DNA of 63,688 bases, the filler included, from Octopus bimaculoides (Eukaryota), in NCBI RefSeq assembly GCF_001194135.2. It is 5 parts of 5 records of this genome, joined end to end, with 100 filler letters (N's around TTAATTAATTAA, not from the genome) between each part and the next. Parts side by side here need not be neighbours in the genome. Positions count along the whole stretch, not along the records: positions 17,186 to 28,818 come from NC_069006.1; positions 28,919 to 42,734 come from NC_069003.1; 3 more parts are not named here. One strand, given 5' to 3'. The position numbers and the translations under genes are program-made. Below the pieces are notes generated by a model. The model ran no database searches. It was not told where the DNA came from and saw only the letters and a program-made list of their open reading frames with translations. Below are positions 25,798-36,470 of this stretch, piece after piece. The stretch's first letter is position 1, and each line of letters opens with the position of its first letter.

Positions 25798-26175
25798 GGG
25801 TGCAGGTGTGGCTATGTGGTAAGAAGCTTGCTTCCTAACCACAAGGTTCTGGGTTCAGTCCCACAGCGTTACACCTTGGGCAGGTGTCTTCTATAGCCTT
25901 GGGCCAACCAAAACCTTGTGAGTGGATTTGGTAGGCAGAAACTGAAAGAAGCCTGTTGTATATATATATATATATGTGTGTGTCTGTGTTTGTTCTCCCT
26001 CTACCGCTTGACAACCAGTGTGTTTCTGTCCATGTAACTTAGCAGTTTGGCAAAAGAAACTGGTTGTGTAACTACCAGGCTTTAAAAAAAAAATGCACTG
26101 GGGTTGATTCATTCGACTAAAATTCTTCAAGGCAGTGCTCCAGCATGGCCACAGTCTAATGACTGAAACTAATAT
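25798..26175 (+). mobile_element. Full-length SINE family A in RFC5 intron 5
   Basis: Colinear with the 12491-12900 copy, including the internal (TA/TG)n. Confidence 0.88.
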
Positions 26176-26387
26176 AAGAATATATGTACTTGCATACAAC
26201 CATAGCCATTAACGAAGAGAGAGAGAGAGATGGAAGGAGAGTTGCCAGTTTGAATTCATTCTGTGATGTATTGTTCTTAGATTTCCTTGACCCTTCTCTG
26301 TCTCACCGTTTCCATCTTTTAATTCTTCTTTACTCACTAAAATCCATTAAACTTTGAATTCGTTTCCTTCTATTTTTCTCCCTTTAG

Positions 26388-26547
26388 TTATCGAGAAATT
26401 CACAGAGAACACCAGATTTTGCATCATATGTAACTACCTATCCAAGATTATTCCAGCATTGCAGTCACGTTGCACACGCTTTCGGTTTGCTCCTCTTTCC
26501 ACAGACCAAATGATGCCACGTTTAGAATACGTCATTAAACAAGAAGG
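26388..26547 (+). CDS. RFC5: RFC5 coding exon 6 (SRC arginine finger)
   Basis: V-IEKFTENTRFCIICNYLSKIIPALQSRCTRFRFAPLSTDQMMPRLEYVIKQE; tttag| acceptor, |gtaaaa donor; 160 nt. Confidence 0.97.
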
Positions 26548-26839
26548 GTAAAAACCAACATGGCATTCTTAGTCATATATCTTTGTGTCTTGTTTTGCTT
26601 TCTTTACCATTTTGTGAGTTGCTTGAAAGGTTCCTGGCTTTAGGTAAAAGAAGACACAGGATGAGGGTCAGTTAATTATGATTTCATTCAACATATTCCC
26701 CTTCCAGACTCACACAGTTATCACAGCGGTCCCAGGTAGGGAACAGCTGTAACCTTAAGTAGATCTGCAATGAAAGGTGTTCAGGCTGTGACACTCCCAC
26801 CCCACTCTTATTTCTGTCTTCCTCTTTATTCTGTTTCCC

Positions 26840-27105
26840 ACTGGCTCAACGACGAGGATTCCAGTTGATCCGATCAATGGAACAGTCTGCTTGTGAAATT
26901 AACATGTAAGTGGCTGAGTGCTCCACATTACACATGTACCCTTAATGTAGTCTTCAGGGATATTCAGCATGACAAAGTGTGACAAAACTGGCACCTTTGA
27001 ATTACAGGTGCAACTCATTTTTGCCAGCTGAGTGGACTGGAGCAATGTGGAATAAAGTGTCTTGCTCAAGGAGGTAATGTGTCACTGGAAATTGAACTCA
27101 ACCTA
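26840..27105 (-). mobile_element. SINE family C in RFC5 intron 6
   Basis: Reverse strand: gagttcaatttcc..ccttgagcaagacactttattccacattgctccagtccactcagctggcaaaaatgag; colinear with the 29165-29490 copy. Confidence 0.75.
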
Positions 27106-27503
27106 AACCCTGCGCTTTCTAGGGCTACATTATCCAGTGTGTCCTTCCTTTTTTAAGCCAGTAGAATATGGTGTTAGGGAGATTTGGTTGCTATTTCTAA
27201 TGGATTGAAGGATCATGTAGAGCCTTCCTTGTTGGTACTTAGCTTCTGGTTGAGTCATAGTGGAAGTTAAGTAAAGCAACACCTTGAATGTTAGCTGTTA
27301 TATTTATAGGTCTTATAGCTACCACGCCTTTCCCCATATAGCTATTCACACACACACACACACACACTCATAGACAAGTAGGACTTGAACCAAGCACTCA
27401 GCCACTCCACTTCCCCTGCCATCAAAAAAAAAAAACAACAAAAAAAGCCACAAATATTTTTCTAGTTGTTAACATAACTGCAATTGTTATTTTGTGTTTG
27501 TAG

Positions 27504-27585
27504 GGTGAATGTGACCCAGGATGGCATGAAAGCTATTGTTACTTTGGCATGTGGTGATATGAGGCGTTCTCTCAATATGCTTCAG
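27504..27585 (+). CDS. RFC5: RFC5 coding exon 7 (sensor-2 GDMRR)
   Basis: G-VNVTQDGMKAIVTLACGDMRRSLNMLQ; tgtag| acceptor, |gtaagt donor; 82 nt. Confidence 0.97.
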
Positions 27586-27809
27586 GTAAGTGGTAATGTC
27601 TCAACAAGCTGATTGTGCTCCAGCATGGCAACTTGTACATAAAATCCCTTCATTGGCAGCTTTGGTAAATTTACTCCAAACTTTACTGGGATCCGTCTTG
27701 TACCCCTCCTCACAAATGTTTACAAAAGGTGGCAATAAAGTTAACCCCTTTTTTTTTTTATCGTATTTCTCTTTCCATCCACTAAACTTATTTCATAAGC
27801 ACACCAGGA

Positions 27810-27995
27810 CAAAATGCTTAGCGGTATTTCACCTGTTGCTGCATTCTGAGTTCAGATTCTGCCGGGGTCAACTTTGCCTTTCATCCTTTTGAGGTCAATT
27901 AAATAAGTACCAGTTACTCACTGGGGTCAATGACATCGACTAGTCCCAGCCCCCCAAAATTTCAGATCTTGTGCCTATAGTAGAATCGATTACTA
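27810..27995 (+). mobile_element. SINE family B (Meta-domain-like) in RFC5 intron 7
   Basis: aaaatgcttagcggtatttc..ctgagttcagattc..actttgcctttcatcc..aagtaccag..(att)n tail. Confidence 0.8.
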
Positions 27996-28032
27996 TTATT
28001 ATTATTGTTATTATTAATTATCTCTTTTTCAG

Positions 28033-28162
28033 AGTGCTTCAATGGCTTTTGATAAAGTGACAGAAGATAACGTTTATTTATGTGTTGGACATCCTCTCCG
28101 TAAAGACATTGAAAATATTGTCCAGTGGCTGTTAAACTCCAGTTTCACAGAAGCTTATAAAA
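28033..28162 (+). CDS. RFC5: RFC5 coding exon 8
   Basis: SASMAFDKVTEDNVYLCVGHPLRKDIENIVQWLLNSSFTEAYK; ttcag| acceptor; donor |GTATCCTT (U12 consensus); 130 nt. Confidence 0.96.
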
Positions 28163-28580
28163 GTATCCTTGTTTGGTATGTGTAAAAGTGCATGTGTGTG
28201 TGTATGTGCATGGACAACAGATGTTAAATGATGATGATGATACACACACATTGTTTTTAGGTTGAGTTATATAATTTTACATTAGTGCTACTCCCTAGTT
28301 TTGTAGTGTCCAAGTTTATTATTCTCTTACAAGAATATTATCGCCAGTGACTTCAAAGTTTCAGCTAGCTAAGCCATCATTGGACTGTGATGGCTTAGCT
28401 GGCTGGTAAGTACCTAAAAATAGACAGTGGGTTTGGAGGTGCGATTTTGATTGAATAAAACCCTTCAAGGTGATGCCCCAGCATGGCCACAGTCCAATGA
28501 CTGAAACAAGTGAACAATGAAAGATAATAATTAATGAGTTTTCTCTAATTATTACCTAATTTTCCTTGACATTGCTGTAG
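28163..28580 (+). other. U12-type (minor spliceosome) GT-AG intron, RFC5 intron 8
   Basis: 5' splice site GTATCCTT (28163-28170); branch site TTTCCTTGAC (28561-28570) ends 10 nt before the exon; no polypyrimidine tract. Confidence 0.92.
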
Positions 28581-28658
28581 ATATTCTCCAGTTGAAGGTT
28601 GCCAAAGGTTTGGCTCTCCAAGACATTCTCACCGAAGTTCACGTTTACGTACATCGAA
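28581..28658 (+). CDS. RFC5: RFC5 coding exon 9 (last exon found; gene 3'-incomplete)
   Basis: N-ILQLKVAKGLALQDILTEVHVYVHR, similar to the RFC5 LKTLKGLALHDILTEIH region; preceded by a U12 branch point and gtag|; |gtaaga donor; 78 nt. Confidence 0.95.
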
Positions 28659-28862
28659 GTAAGAATTATTTCATTTTCTTTCATTATTATTATTATTTGA
28701 TATTTTCCTCATTTTTGTCATTGAATTTTTTTTTTTTCAATTAACAAAGCTGACTGCATCTTTAGATATTTGGCTTGCTAGAAATAGCAGCACATCTTCT
28801 GCAAATAACATCATTATTNNNNNNNNNNNNNNNNNNNNNNNNNNNNNNNNNNNNNNNNNNNN

Positions 28863-28874
28863 TTAATTAATTAA
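28863..28874. other. Artificial assembly linker TTAATTAATTAA inside an N-gap
   Basis: As above; lies just after RFC5 exon 9. Confidence 0.9.
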
Positions 28875-28918
28875 NNNNNNNNNNNNNNNNNNNNNNNNNN
28901 NNNNNNNNNNNNNNNNNN

Positions 28919-28989
<71 letters not shown>

Positions 28990-29049
28990 AAAGGGTTTCT
29001 TCGATGTATGGATGAGATGTTTAGCCTTGGTCATCTTGGTGCAGTTTGA

Positions 29050-29155
29050 ACTCAAAGTCGACCTCGTCGGAATTTGAACTCTGAACGTAACAGCAGATGA
29101 AATACCGCTAAGCATTTCGCCCGGTGTGCTAACGGTTCTGACAGCTCGTTGCCCA
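29050..29155 (-). mobile_element. SINE family B, 5' half
   Basis: aagtcgacctcgtcggaatttgaactc..gaaataccgctaagcatttcgcccgg. Confidence 0.8.
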
Positions 29156-29164
29156 CAGTTGTAA

Positions 29165-29490
29165 AATACAATTGGCGCTCCGTCGATTACGACGACTAGT
29201 ATTCAATTGATCATATCAACGGAACAGTCTGTTCGCGCTGTTCAAGGCGAAAGTGGCTGAGCACACTACAGACACGCGTGCCCTTAACGTAGTTCTGAGT
29301 GTGATTCAGCATGACACAGAGTGTGACAAGGCTGGTCCTTTGAATTACAAGTACTCCTCATTTTTGCCAGCTGAATGGAATGGGGCAGCGAGGAATAAAG
29401 TGTCTTGCTCAAAGACTCAAGGCACTGCCGGGAATCGAACTCAAAACCTTCCGTTAAGCCGAATGCTTAAATCACTAAGCCACGTACCTT
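29165..29490 (-). mobile_element. SINE family C
   Basis: Homologous to 26840-27105; tRNA-like head gagttcgattcccggcag on the reverse strand. Confidence 0.75.
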
Positions 29491-29550
29491 CAAATCACCG
29501 CAAGACCATCATAAAAAGACCAACAGCAGCACTGGTAAAAGCACCACTAT

Positions 29551-29848
29551 CGACGCCATCTTTAACACCAACGACGCCATCTTTAACACCAACAACGCTA
29601 TATTTAACACCAACGACACCATCTTTAACACCAACGACGCCATCTTTAACACCAACGACGCCATCTTTAACATCGACGACGCCATCTTTAACACCAACGA
29701 CGCCATCTTTAACACCAACGACGCCATATTTAACACCAACGACGCCATATTTAACACCAACGACGCCATATTTAACACCAACGACGCCATCTTTAATACC
29801 AACGACGCCATCTTTAACACCAACGCCGCCATCTTTAACACCAACGCC
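29551..29848. repeat. 21-bp minisatellite (unit ccaacgacgccatctttaaca), ~14 copies
   Basis: Direct tandem array with a few substitutions; no spacers. Confidence 0.95.
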
Positions 29849-31849
29849 ACTATAACCAATGGAATTACCAGCAAATGAACTACCAGCGACAGTCTGACCA
29901 TCAACAACAACGCCGCCATTTCAGCGACGATGTATCAGCGATCAACGCTAACGCTGCCGCCACCACAGAAACGACGACCCACCACCAATTATAGCCATTA
30001 GTACCAATGCCACCAGAAACACCAGCAACAACAACATCAACAACAGCGTCAGCCACACAGTCACCAATCCTCAACACAACCACCACCACCGCCAACACCG
30101 TCAAATGCCCACAACACCTGATTCACATCAATAAAGATCTAAGTCTATTTTGATCAGTAAAAGTTTTGCTGTTTTTGTTGGTGTTTTTTGTGCTAGTTTT
30201 GCTGTTTGTTTTTCGGGAGTTTTAATTTTTTTATCTTATTTTATTTTATTTATTTTTTTCGTCTTTGTCTTAACATGTCTTTGAAGAATGTTCAGAACTT
30301 TTCTTTCTACAATAGCTGCAAGCTTTCTCGAAAGATCTATTTCCAAGTTCCTTGGCCTACATAATCTTCAACTTGTGTGTTCCTCTCCCCCAACACCACC
30401 ACCACCACAACCTCTCAACCTTCCCCACCCTCCATCCCTCATCCCCACTTCAACTCGCCCACGAAATTCCTCGCAAGTTTCACCCACCTCCCCACTTCGA
30501 CTCACACATAATTTCTACTTAATTTCTCGAAAACGAAAACAAGCAAATAAATAAATAAAATCAGCAACGAAAATAAAAATTATCATCATCATCATCATCG
30601 TCATCGCCAATATCATAATCTTCGCTATCATTATAGTCATCGTTAATATGTGATATATATATATATATATATATATTTATACATATATGCATGTATATAT
30701 ATATGAGAATGTATATGCGTGGGTTCCTACATGCGCGTGTGAAATATGTTCTACCATTAAATATGAATACGGGAAGATATAGATATGTGTCAGAATATAT
30801 ACTGTGTATATGTGCAAATATATATATATATATGTATGTATGTATATATATNNNNNNNNNNNNNNNNNNNNNNNNNNNNNNNNNNNNNNNNNNNNNNNNN
30901 NNNNNNNNNNNNNNNNNNNNNNNNNNNNNNNNNNNNNNNNNNNNNNNNNNNNNNNNNNNNNNNNNNNNNNNNNNNNNNNNNNNNNNNNNNNNNNNNNNNN
31001 NNNNNNNNNNNNNNNNNNNNNNNNNNNNNNNNNNNNNNNNNNNNNNNNNNNNNNNNNNNNNNNNNNNNNNNNNNNNNNNNNNNNNNNNNNNNNNNNNNNN
31101 NNNNNNNNNNNNNNNNNNNNNNNNNNNNNNNNNNNNNNNNNNNNNNNNNNNNNNNNNNNNNNNNNNNNNNNNNNNNNNNNNNNNNNNNNNNNNNNNNNNN
31201 NNNNNNNNNNNNNNNNNNNNNNNNNNNNNNNNNNNNNNNNNNNNNNNNNNNNNNNNNNNNNNNNNNNNNNNNNNNNNNNNNNNNNNNNNNNNNNNNNNNN
31301 NNNNNNNNNNNNNNNNNNNNNNNNNNNNNNNNNNNNNNNNNNNNNNNNNNNNNNNNNNNNNNNNNNNNNNNNNNNNNNNNNNNNNNNNNNNNNNNNNNNN
31401 NNNNNNNNNNNNNNNNNNNNNNNNNNNNNNNNNNNNNNNNNNNNNNNNNNNNNNNNNNNNNNNNNNNNNNNNNNNNNNNNNNNNNNNNNNNNNNNNNNNN
31501 NNNNNNNNNNNNNNNNNNNNNNNNNNNNNNNNNNNNNNNNNNNNNNNNNNNNNNNNNNNNNNNNNNNNNNNNNNNNNNNNNNNNNNNNNNNNNNNNNNNN
31601 NNNNNNNNNNNNNNNNNNNNNNNNNNNNNNNNNNNNNNNNNNNNNNNNNNNNNNNNNNNNNNNNNNNNNNNNNNNNNNNNNNNNNNNNNNNNNNNNNNNN
31701 NNNNNNNNNNNNNNNCACCGTGGTTAAGTGTCTTCTACTATAGACTCGAACCGACCAAAGCCTTTTGAGTGGATTTGGTAGACGGAAACTGGAAGAAGAC
31801 CGTCGTATATATACGGGGAAGATTTATGATAATTAAAAATAGAAGAGAC

Positions 31850-32075
31850 ACAACCAAAAATGTTCATTTCTACTCTAGATACAAGGGTCAAAATTGTATG
31901 AAGTGGGACAGTCGATTAGATTGACCCCAGTACGTAACAGGTACTTGATTTATCGACCTAGAAAGGATAAAAAGCAAAGTCGACCTCGGCGGAATTTGAA
32001 CACAGAACGTAAAGACAGACGAAATACCGTTAAGCATTTTGCTCGGCATGCTAAGGTTTCTGCCAGCTCGCTGCC
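31850..32075 (-). mobile_element. SINE family B
   Basis: ttgaccccagtacgtaacaggtacttgatttatcgacc..aaagtcgacctcggcggaatttgaac..gaaataccg. Confidence 0.82.
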
Positions 32076-32190
32076 TTGATTACAAGCAAAAATTTTGTTG
32101 GTGTTGAATTTGCAATGAAGGAGCCTTGGACCTAGGTTAGAAACCGGCCTTTCCTCTATTGGCAAGAAATCTTGAAATAAAACTTGATAC
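32075..32190. repeat. Unclassified interspersed repeat; second copy inverted at ~37570-37680
   Basis: gttggtgttgaatttgcaatgaaggagccttggacctaggttagaaaccgg..ttggcaagaaatcttgaaataaaact matches the reverse complement at 37577-37670. Confidence 0.7.
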
Positions 32191-32556
32191 ATACATACAT
32201 ACATACATACAAACAATTGTAGATTTGCAAGTGTGCATATATGTTTAATGATATCTAAGTTCAAATTCTGCCGACGTTGATTTTACATTTCACCCTTTCA
32301 GGGGTCGATTAAATAATTACCACTTGAACACTGGAGTCGATATGATCAGTTTAACCCCCCCACCCCCACGAAGTTGCTGGTTCTAACACCAAAAGTTGAA
32401 ACCAAGATAATGTATTTATAGTTAGACAGGAATGCAAATGGAGAAGTAGACACGTAAGGAATTAAGTTGAGAGAGAGAGAGAGAGAAATAAATAAATAGG
32501 TGAAGAGACAGAAAAACAAGCAGATAGATTCATGCATACATACATGGATAGATAAG

Positions 32557-32604
<48 letters not shown>

Positions 32605-32924
32605 CACACACATACATACACACACATATATACATACATTGCTTTGCATGTACGTACGTAAATATTTACATATTTTTACATATATCTGTGCATCTATGTA
32701 TACATATGTGTGTGCTTGTATCTAATTAATCAATTCAATTCAATCACATAATTCGATAAATGTTATTATCATTGTATTCAGGACGAAAATTTCATTTCAG
32801 CTGAAATCATTTCATCGTTTCAAATAAAATATTAAAACAATAAATTCATGGCATATAATTCAATATCATGAATTATATAAAACAAAATATACAGTAATGA
32901 TGACGGATGCTATACATAGTATAA

Positions 32925-32967
<43 letters not shown>

Positions 32968-32971
<4 letters not shown>

Positions 32972-33182
32972 TTCAGACAAATACATAACAAAAACACCAG
33001 GACTTACAAATATATATAACATACAGAACATTGCACTACTGGGCACAGCACACATCCTACGCAAAACACTTTCAATACAGTAACCATAAGAGCATCACAG
33101 CAAACCACAGCACATACCCAAGGCACACAGAGCTGCGCTCGGTAGTGAAGTGAAAGCACGTTATAAAAATAAAACTACTGAA
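32968..33182 (+). mobile_element. 5'-truncated R4/Dong-like non-LTR 3' end inserted in an (AAT)n tract
   Basis: Encodes SDKYITKTPGLTNIYNIQNIALLGTAHILRKTLSIQ*, then a 3'UTR; (AAT)n on both sides (32925-32967, 33184-33210). Confidence 0.8.
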
Positions 33183-33434
33183 CAATAATAATAATAATAA
33201 TAATAATAATACATTAGGTACATTTATAGCAATAAGGACGGAACAGGCTAAATCATAATGACATATTTTGATATATAACATAGATACTATTCAGTAGTAT
33301 AATGTTTTCTGAGTCGTTTTGTGTTTGTGTGTGTATGTGCGTATGTACATCTGTGTGTATGTGTATGCAACCAAGAAAGCATTATATTTAGTTATGTACA
33401 TGCACGTATAAATATTCAAGAACTCCTAAAATAT

Positions 33435-34400
33435 TCCTGCTTCTTCAGACAAAACGAAAGTTATGTCCGAAAGTATGATAGCCGTACATAACATAGACAC
33501 CATTCTAATAATATCACCAATTCCTCTACGAAAACCAATTGCAGTATTTACTTTGCAGTTAATTTAGATTCAAAAGAAATAACTTTTAGCGAAAATGTAG
33601 ACGAAAGATTAGAAGCTTTAGCATTACGTATACCATAAGTTACACTTAAAGATCATAAAGATAATTTTCTTGCCAACCCCAAATGCAGAGTAATAAATCT
33701 TGCAAGATGTGTAGTAGGTATGCTTAGTAAAAATATTTTAGATTAATCATTTTGAACGTTAAACATATCATTTCGTTTCTGTTATGTAATTATCTTTTGT
33801 CTTGCCTTGAGGTGGTTATGATCGATCATAAGCACATTTTTAAACTCGTGGAATTAGATATAGTGGAGATATATCGCCTATAACTACATCTTTTCTTCAA
33901 GATGCTTTAAAATTCGGTAGTGGTTTTATTCTAACTAGTAATTTCGTCATTACTATTATCATGCGTTCCAAGAATTCTTTCCTCTTTTACGGTGATACGT
34001 TTTGAGTTAAACGTAGTGACCAGGAATTGTTTAATGCAGCATTGGAATAATAGGATGAAGATCAGGTTTTTAAAATGATTTATTTTATACTTATTGTGAA
34101 AGCAACCCAGCTTTTTAGTTTTCGGTCTTTACCGTAATGATGGACTCCTTTCCGAAATACGAATAGCCATAAAATGGATAGTTAGGAATGTGTTCATTAA
34201 CAAATTCTGCAAGATAATAATCACAGAATATTCTAATCTACGCATTGCTTCAGATCTAGATATGGACACTGGCAAATACTGCAGTTATAGCAAATATAAC
34301 GAGAGATTTAATTTTATTACCATAAATTCCAGCAAACATCCAGTAAACCTGAATAAGTTCGTTAATAAGAATCGTAAAAAGAATCCTTTATTCAGTGAAT
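33435..34400 (+). mobile_element. Penelope-like element (PLE) reverse transcriptase remnant
   Basis: DERLEALALRIP*VTLKDHKDNFLANPKCRVINLAR..LSKNILD; FGLYRNDGL (YRDD-type motif) at ~34121; ..NHP-like C-terminus; many stops and frameshifts. Confidence 0.82.
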
Positions 34401-35239
34401 ATTCTTTGCTTAATGTTTATAAAAACACTTGTTTTCGTTTATTATACATTCAATAGACACTCTAACCACTGAGCCATACGCTTTCACTTTACCCTTTTCT
34501 TTACACTCGATACATACACACGCATGCAGACACACACGCGCATTAAAACACACACACCTCAGGCGCATAAATATGCCTACACACTCAGGCGCTTAAACAA
34601 ACATACGTCAATAGCAGAGTTTTGGTATCCAGCCTGCACAGCTCTGATGGCATTCATTGGGACCAATTTTCAACGCCTGGATGACCTTGCTGTCGCCAAC
34701 CTTCATCTGGTATTTTCCTCATGGTCGTACATGTTTTCACCAACTCGGCTTTTATGGCAGTGATGAGAGTTAAAAATTATTGCTCTTGACCTGGTAGCAC
34801 GTACCGTGGTTTTGATAACGGTTAGATTTGCCAATCAAGTCACAGCCAAATGCAAACTTTGTCTCAGCACTCCCAACCCATGTCCCAGGACATCGAGGAT
34901 TTCACCACTGAAGTGAAAGAGGTGGGTGCTGTACAAGCTTTAAGCTAGGGTTCGTTTGAAGCAAAGTAGACTGAAGCAATGTAAAATGAATCCCCTTGCT
35001 CAAGAATAGAAGGCTCCGATCAGTTCAGGAATAGAAACCACAACCTTATGATTTGAGCTCAACACCCTGGTCACTTGGCTACACATATTCACACACACAT
35101 ACACACACAGAGAAACGCACACAAACACGCAAACAAACACACGCGTGCGCAGACATTTATGTACAACTATATACATATATAGGTATGTGCTTGCATCTAT
35201 ACACATATATACATGCGTGTGCAAACTTTATCAACATAC

Positions 35240-35303
<64 letters not shown>

Positions 35304-36000
35304 GTAGGTAGGTAGGTAGGTAGATACAATGTAGTGACCTGTCCAAACTGAAGCCAAAATAATGCCACAATGCCTTGTATGCTAAAAGGAGCTTGTCGCC
35401 CTAGAAATTAGATGGGTTGTTGCTGGAGGTGAATAATAATTAGTGCCTCTCCTGGAAATAGGTGAACTGCAGCAGGATATTACAATTCAGTTTCTAACGT
35501 TAAAAATCATTTTCTTACCATTTTTCCCATTTTTCTAAGATGTCCAAACCATTTGTGTAAAATTTGATCCGACTCCACTTTTTTTTTATTTATCATTATC
35601 AAATTTGTTTTACACAAACGAGAGCTGACTAAGTGAAGATGTGTCGACAATAAGGGAACCTTAGTTTCGCTATGGAATGAGTTTTCTTAACGCATGATTA
35701 CGTATTGCGGACAATGCTTTGAATACAGGGGAAATATTCTGGAGGGAGTCGGGAAACTAAAGAATAGAAACGAGACAGATTGCCTGAACGTGGTATAAAA
35801 GGGCAAGAAAAAATTATTTCCACCCTAAGAAACAATACAGATTTCTAATATCCTCATGTACTGGTCTTCCTTATTCGCATAAGAGTATATATATATTATA
35901 TATTTAATAATAGATAGATCGTGGATAAACAGACAGACTGACTGACTGATTGACCGACAGACAGACAGATAGATATAATACTCTTCTACTTCTTCTTCTT

Positions 36001-36033
<33 letters not shown>

Positions 36034-36035
<2 letters not shown>

Positions 36036-36470
36036 GGCAGCGACGTTAGCGTGGCGGGCGAAATGCTTAGCGGTATTTCGTCTGCCGTTACGTTCTGAGT
36101 TCAAATTTCCCCGTGGTCGACTTTGCCTTTCATCATTTCGGGATCGATAAATTAAGTACCAGTTACGCACTGGTGTCAATGTAATCGACTTAATCCCTTT
36201 GTCTGTCCTTGTTTGTCCCCTCTATGCTTAGCCCCTTGTGGGCAATAAAGAAATAAGAAACGTTAGCATGGCGGGCAAAATGCTTGGCGGTATTTCGTCT
36301 GTCTTCACGTTCTGAGTTCAAATGCCGCCGAGGTCGGCTTTGCCTTTCATCCTTTCGGGATCGATAAATTAAGTACCATTTACGCACTGGGGTGGATGTA
36401 ATCGATTCAATTCCTTCCCCAAAATTTTAGGCCTTGTGCTTCCAATAGAAAGGATTATTATTATTATTAT
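36034..36470 (+). mobile_element. Dimeric SINE family B (two head-to-tail monomers) flanked by (ATT)n
   Basis: Two copies of cgttagc..aaatgctt(a/g)gcggtatttcgtctg..gagttcaaat..actttgcctttcatc..aagtacc joined by a gtcctt..agcccc..aaagaaataagaa linker. Confidence 0.85.

Noticed and set aside
26282-26291. TTTCCTTGAC motif in RFC5 intron 5
   Set aside because: About 97 nt from the acceptor, and the donor is GTAAAT (U2-type).
29551-29848. CRISPR-like appearance of the 21-bp array
   Set aside because: No unique spacers; eukaryotic context; plain minisatellite.
29253-29855. 200-aa Thr/Pro-rich ORF as a mucin-like gene
   Set aside because: N-terminus derives from an antisense SINE and the remainder from the minisatellite.
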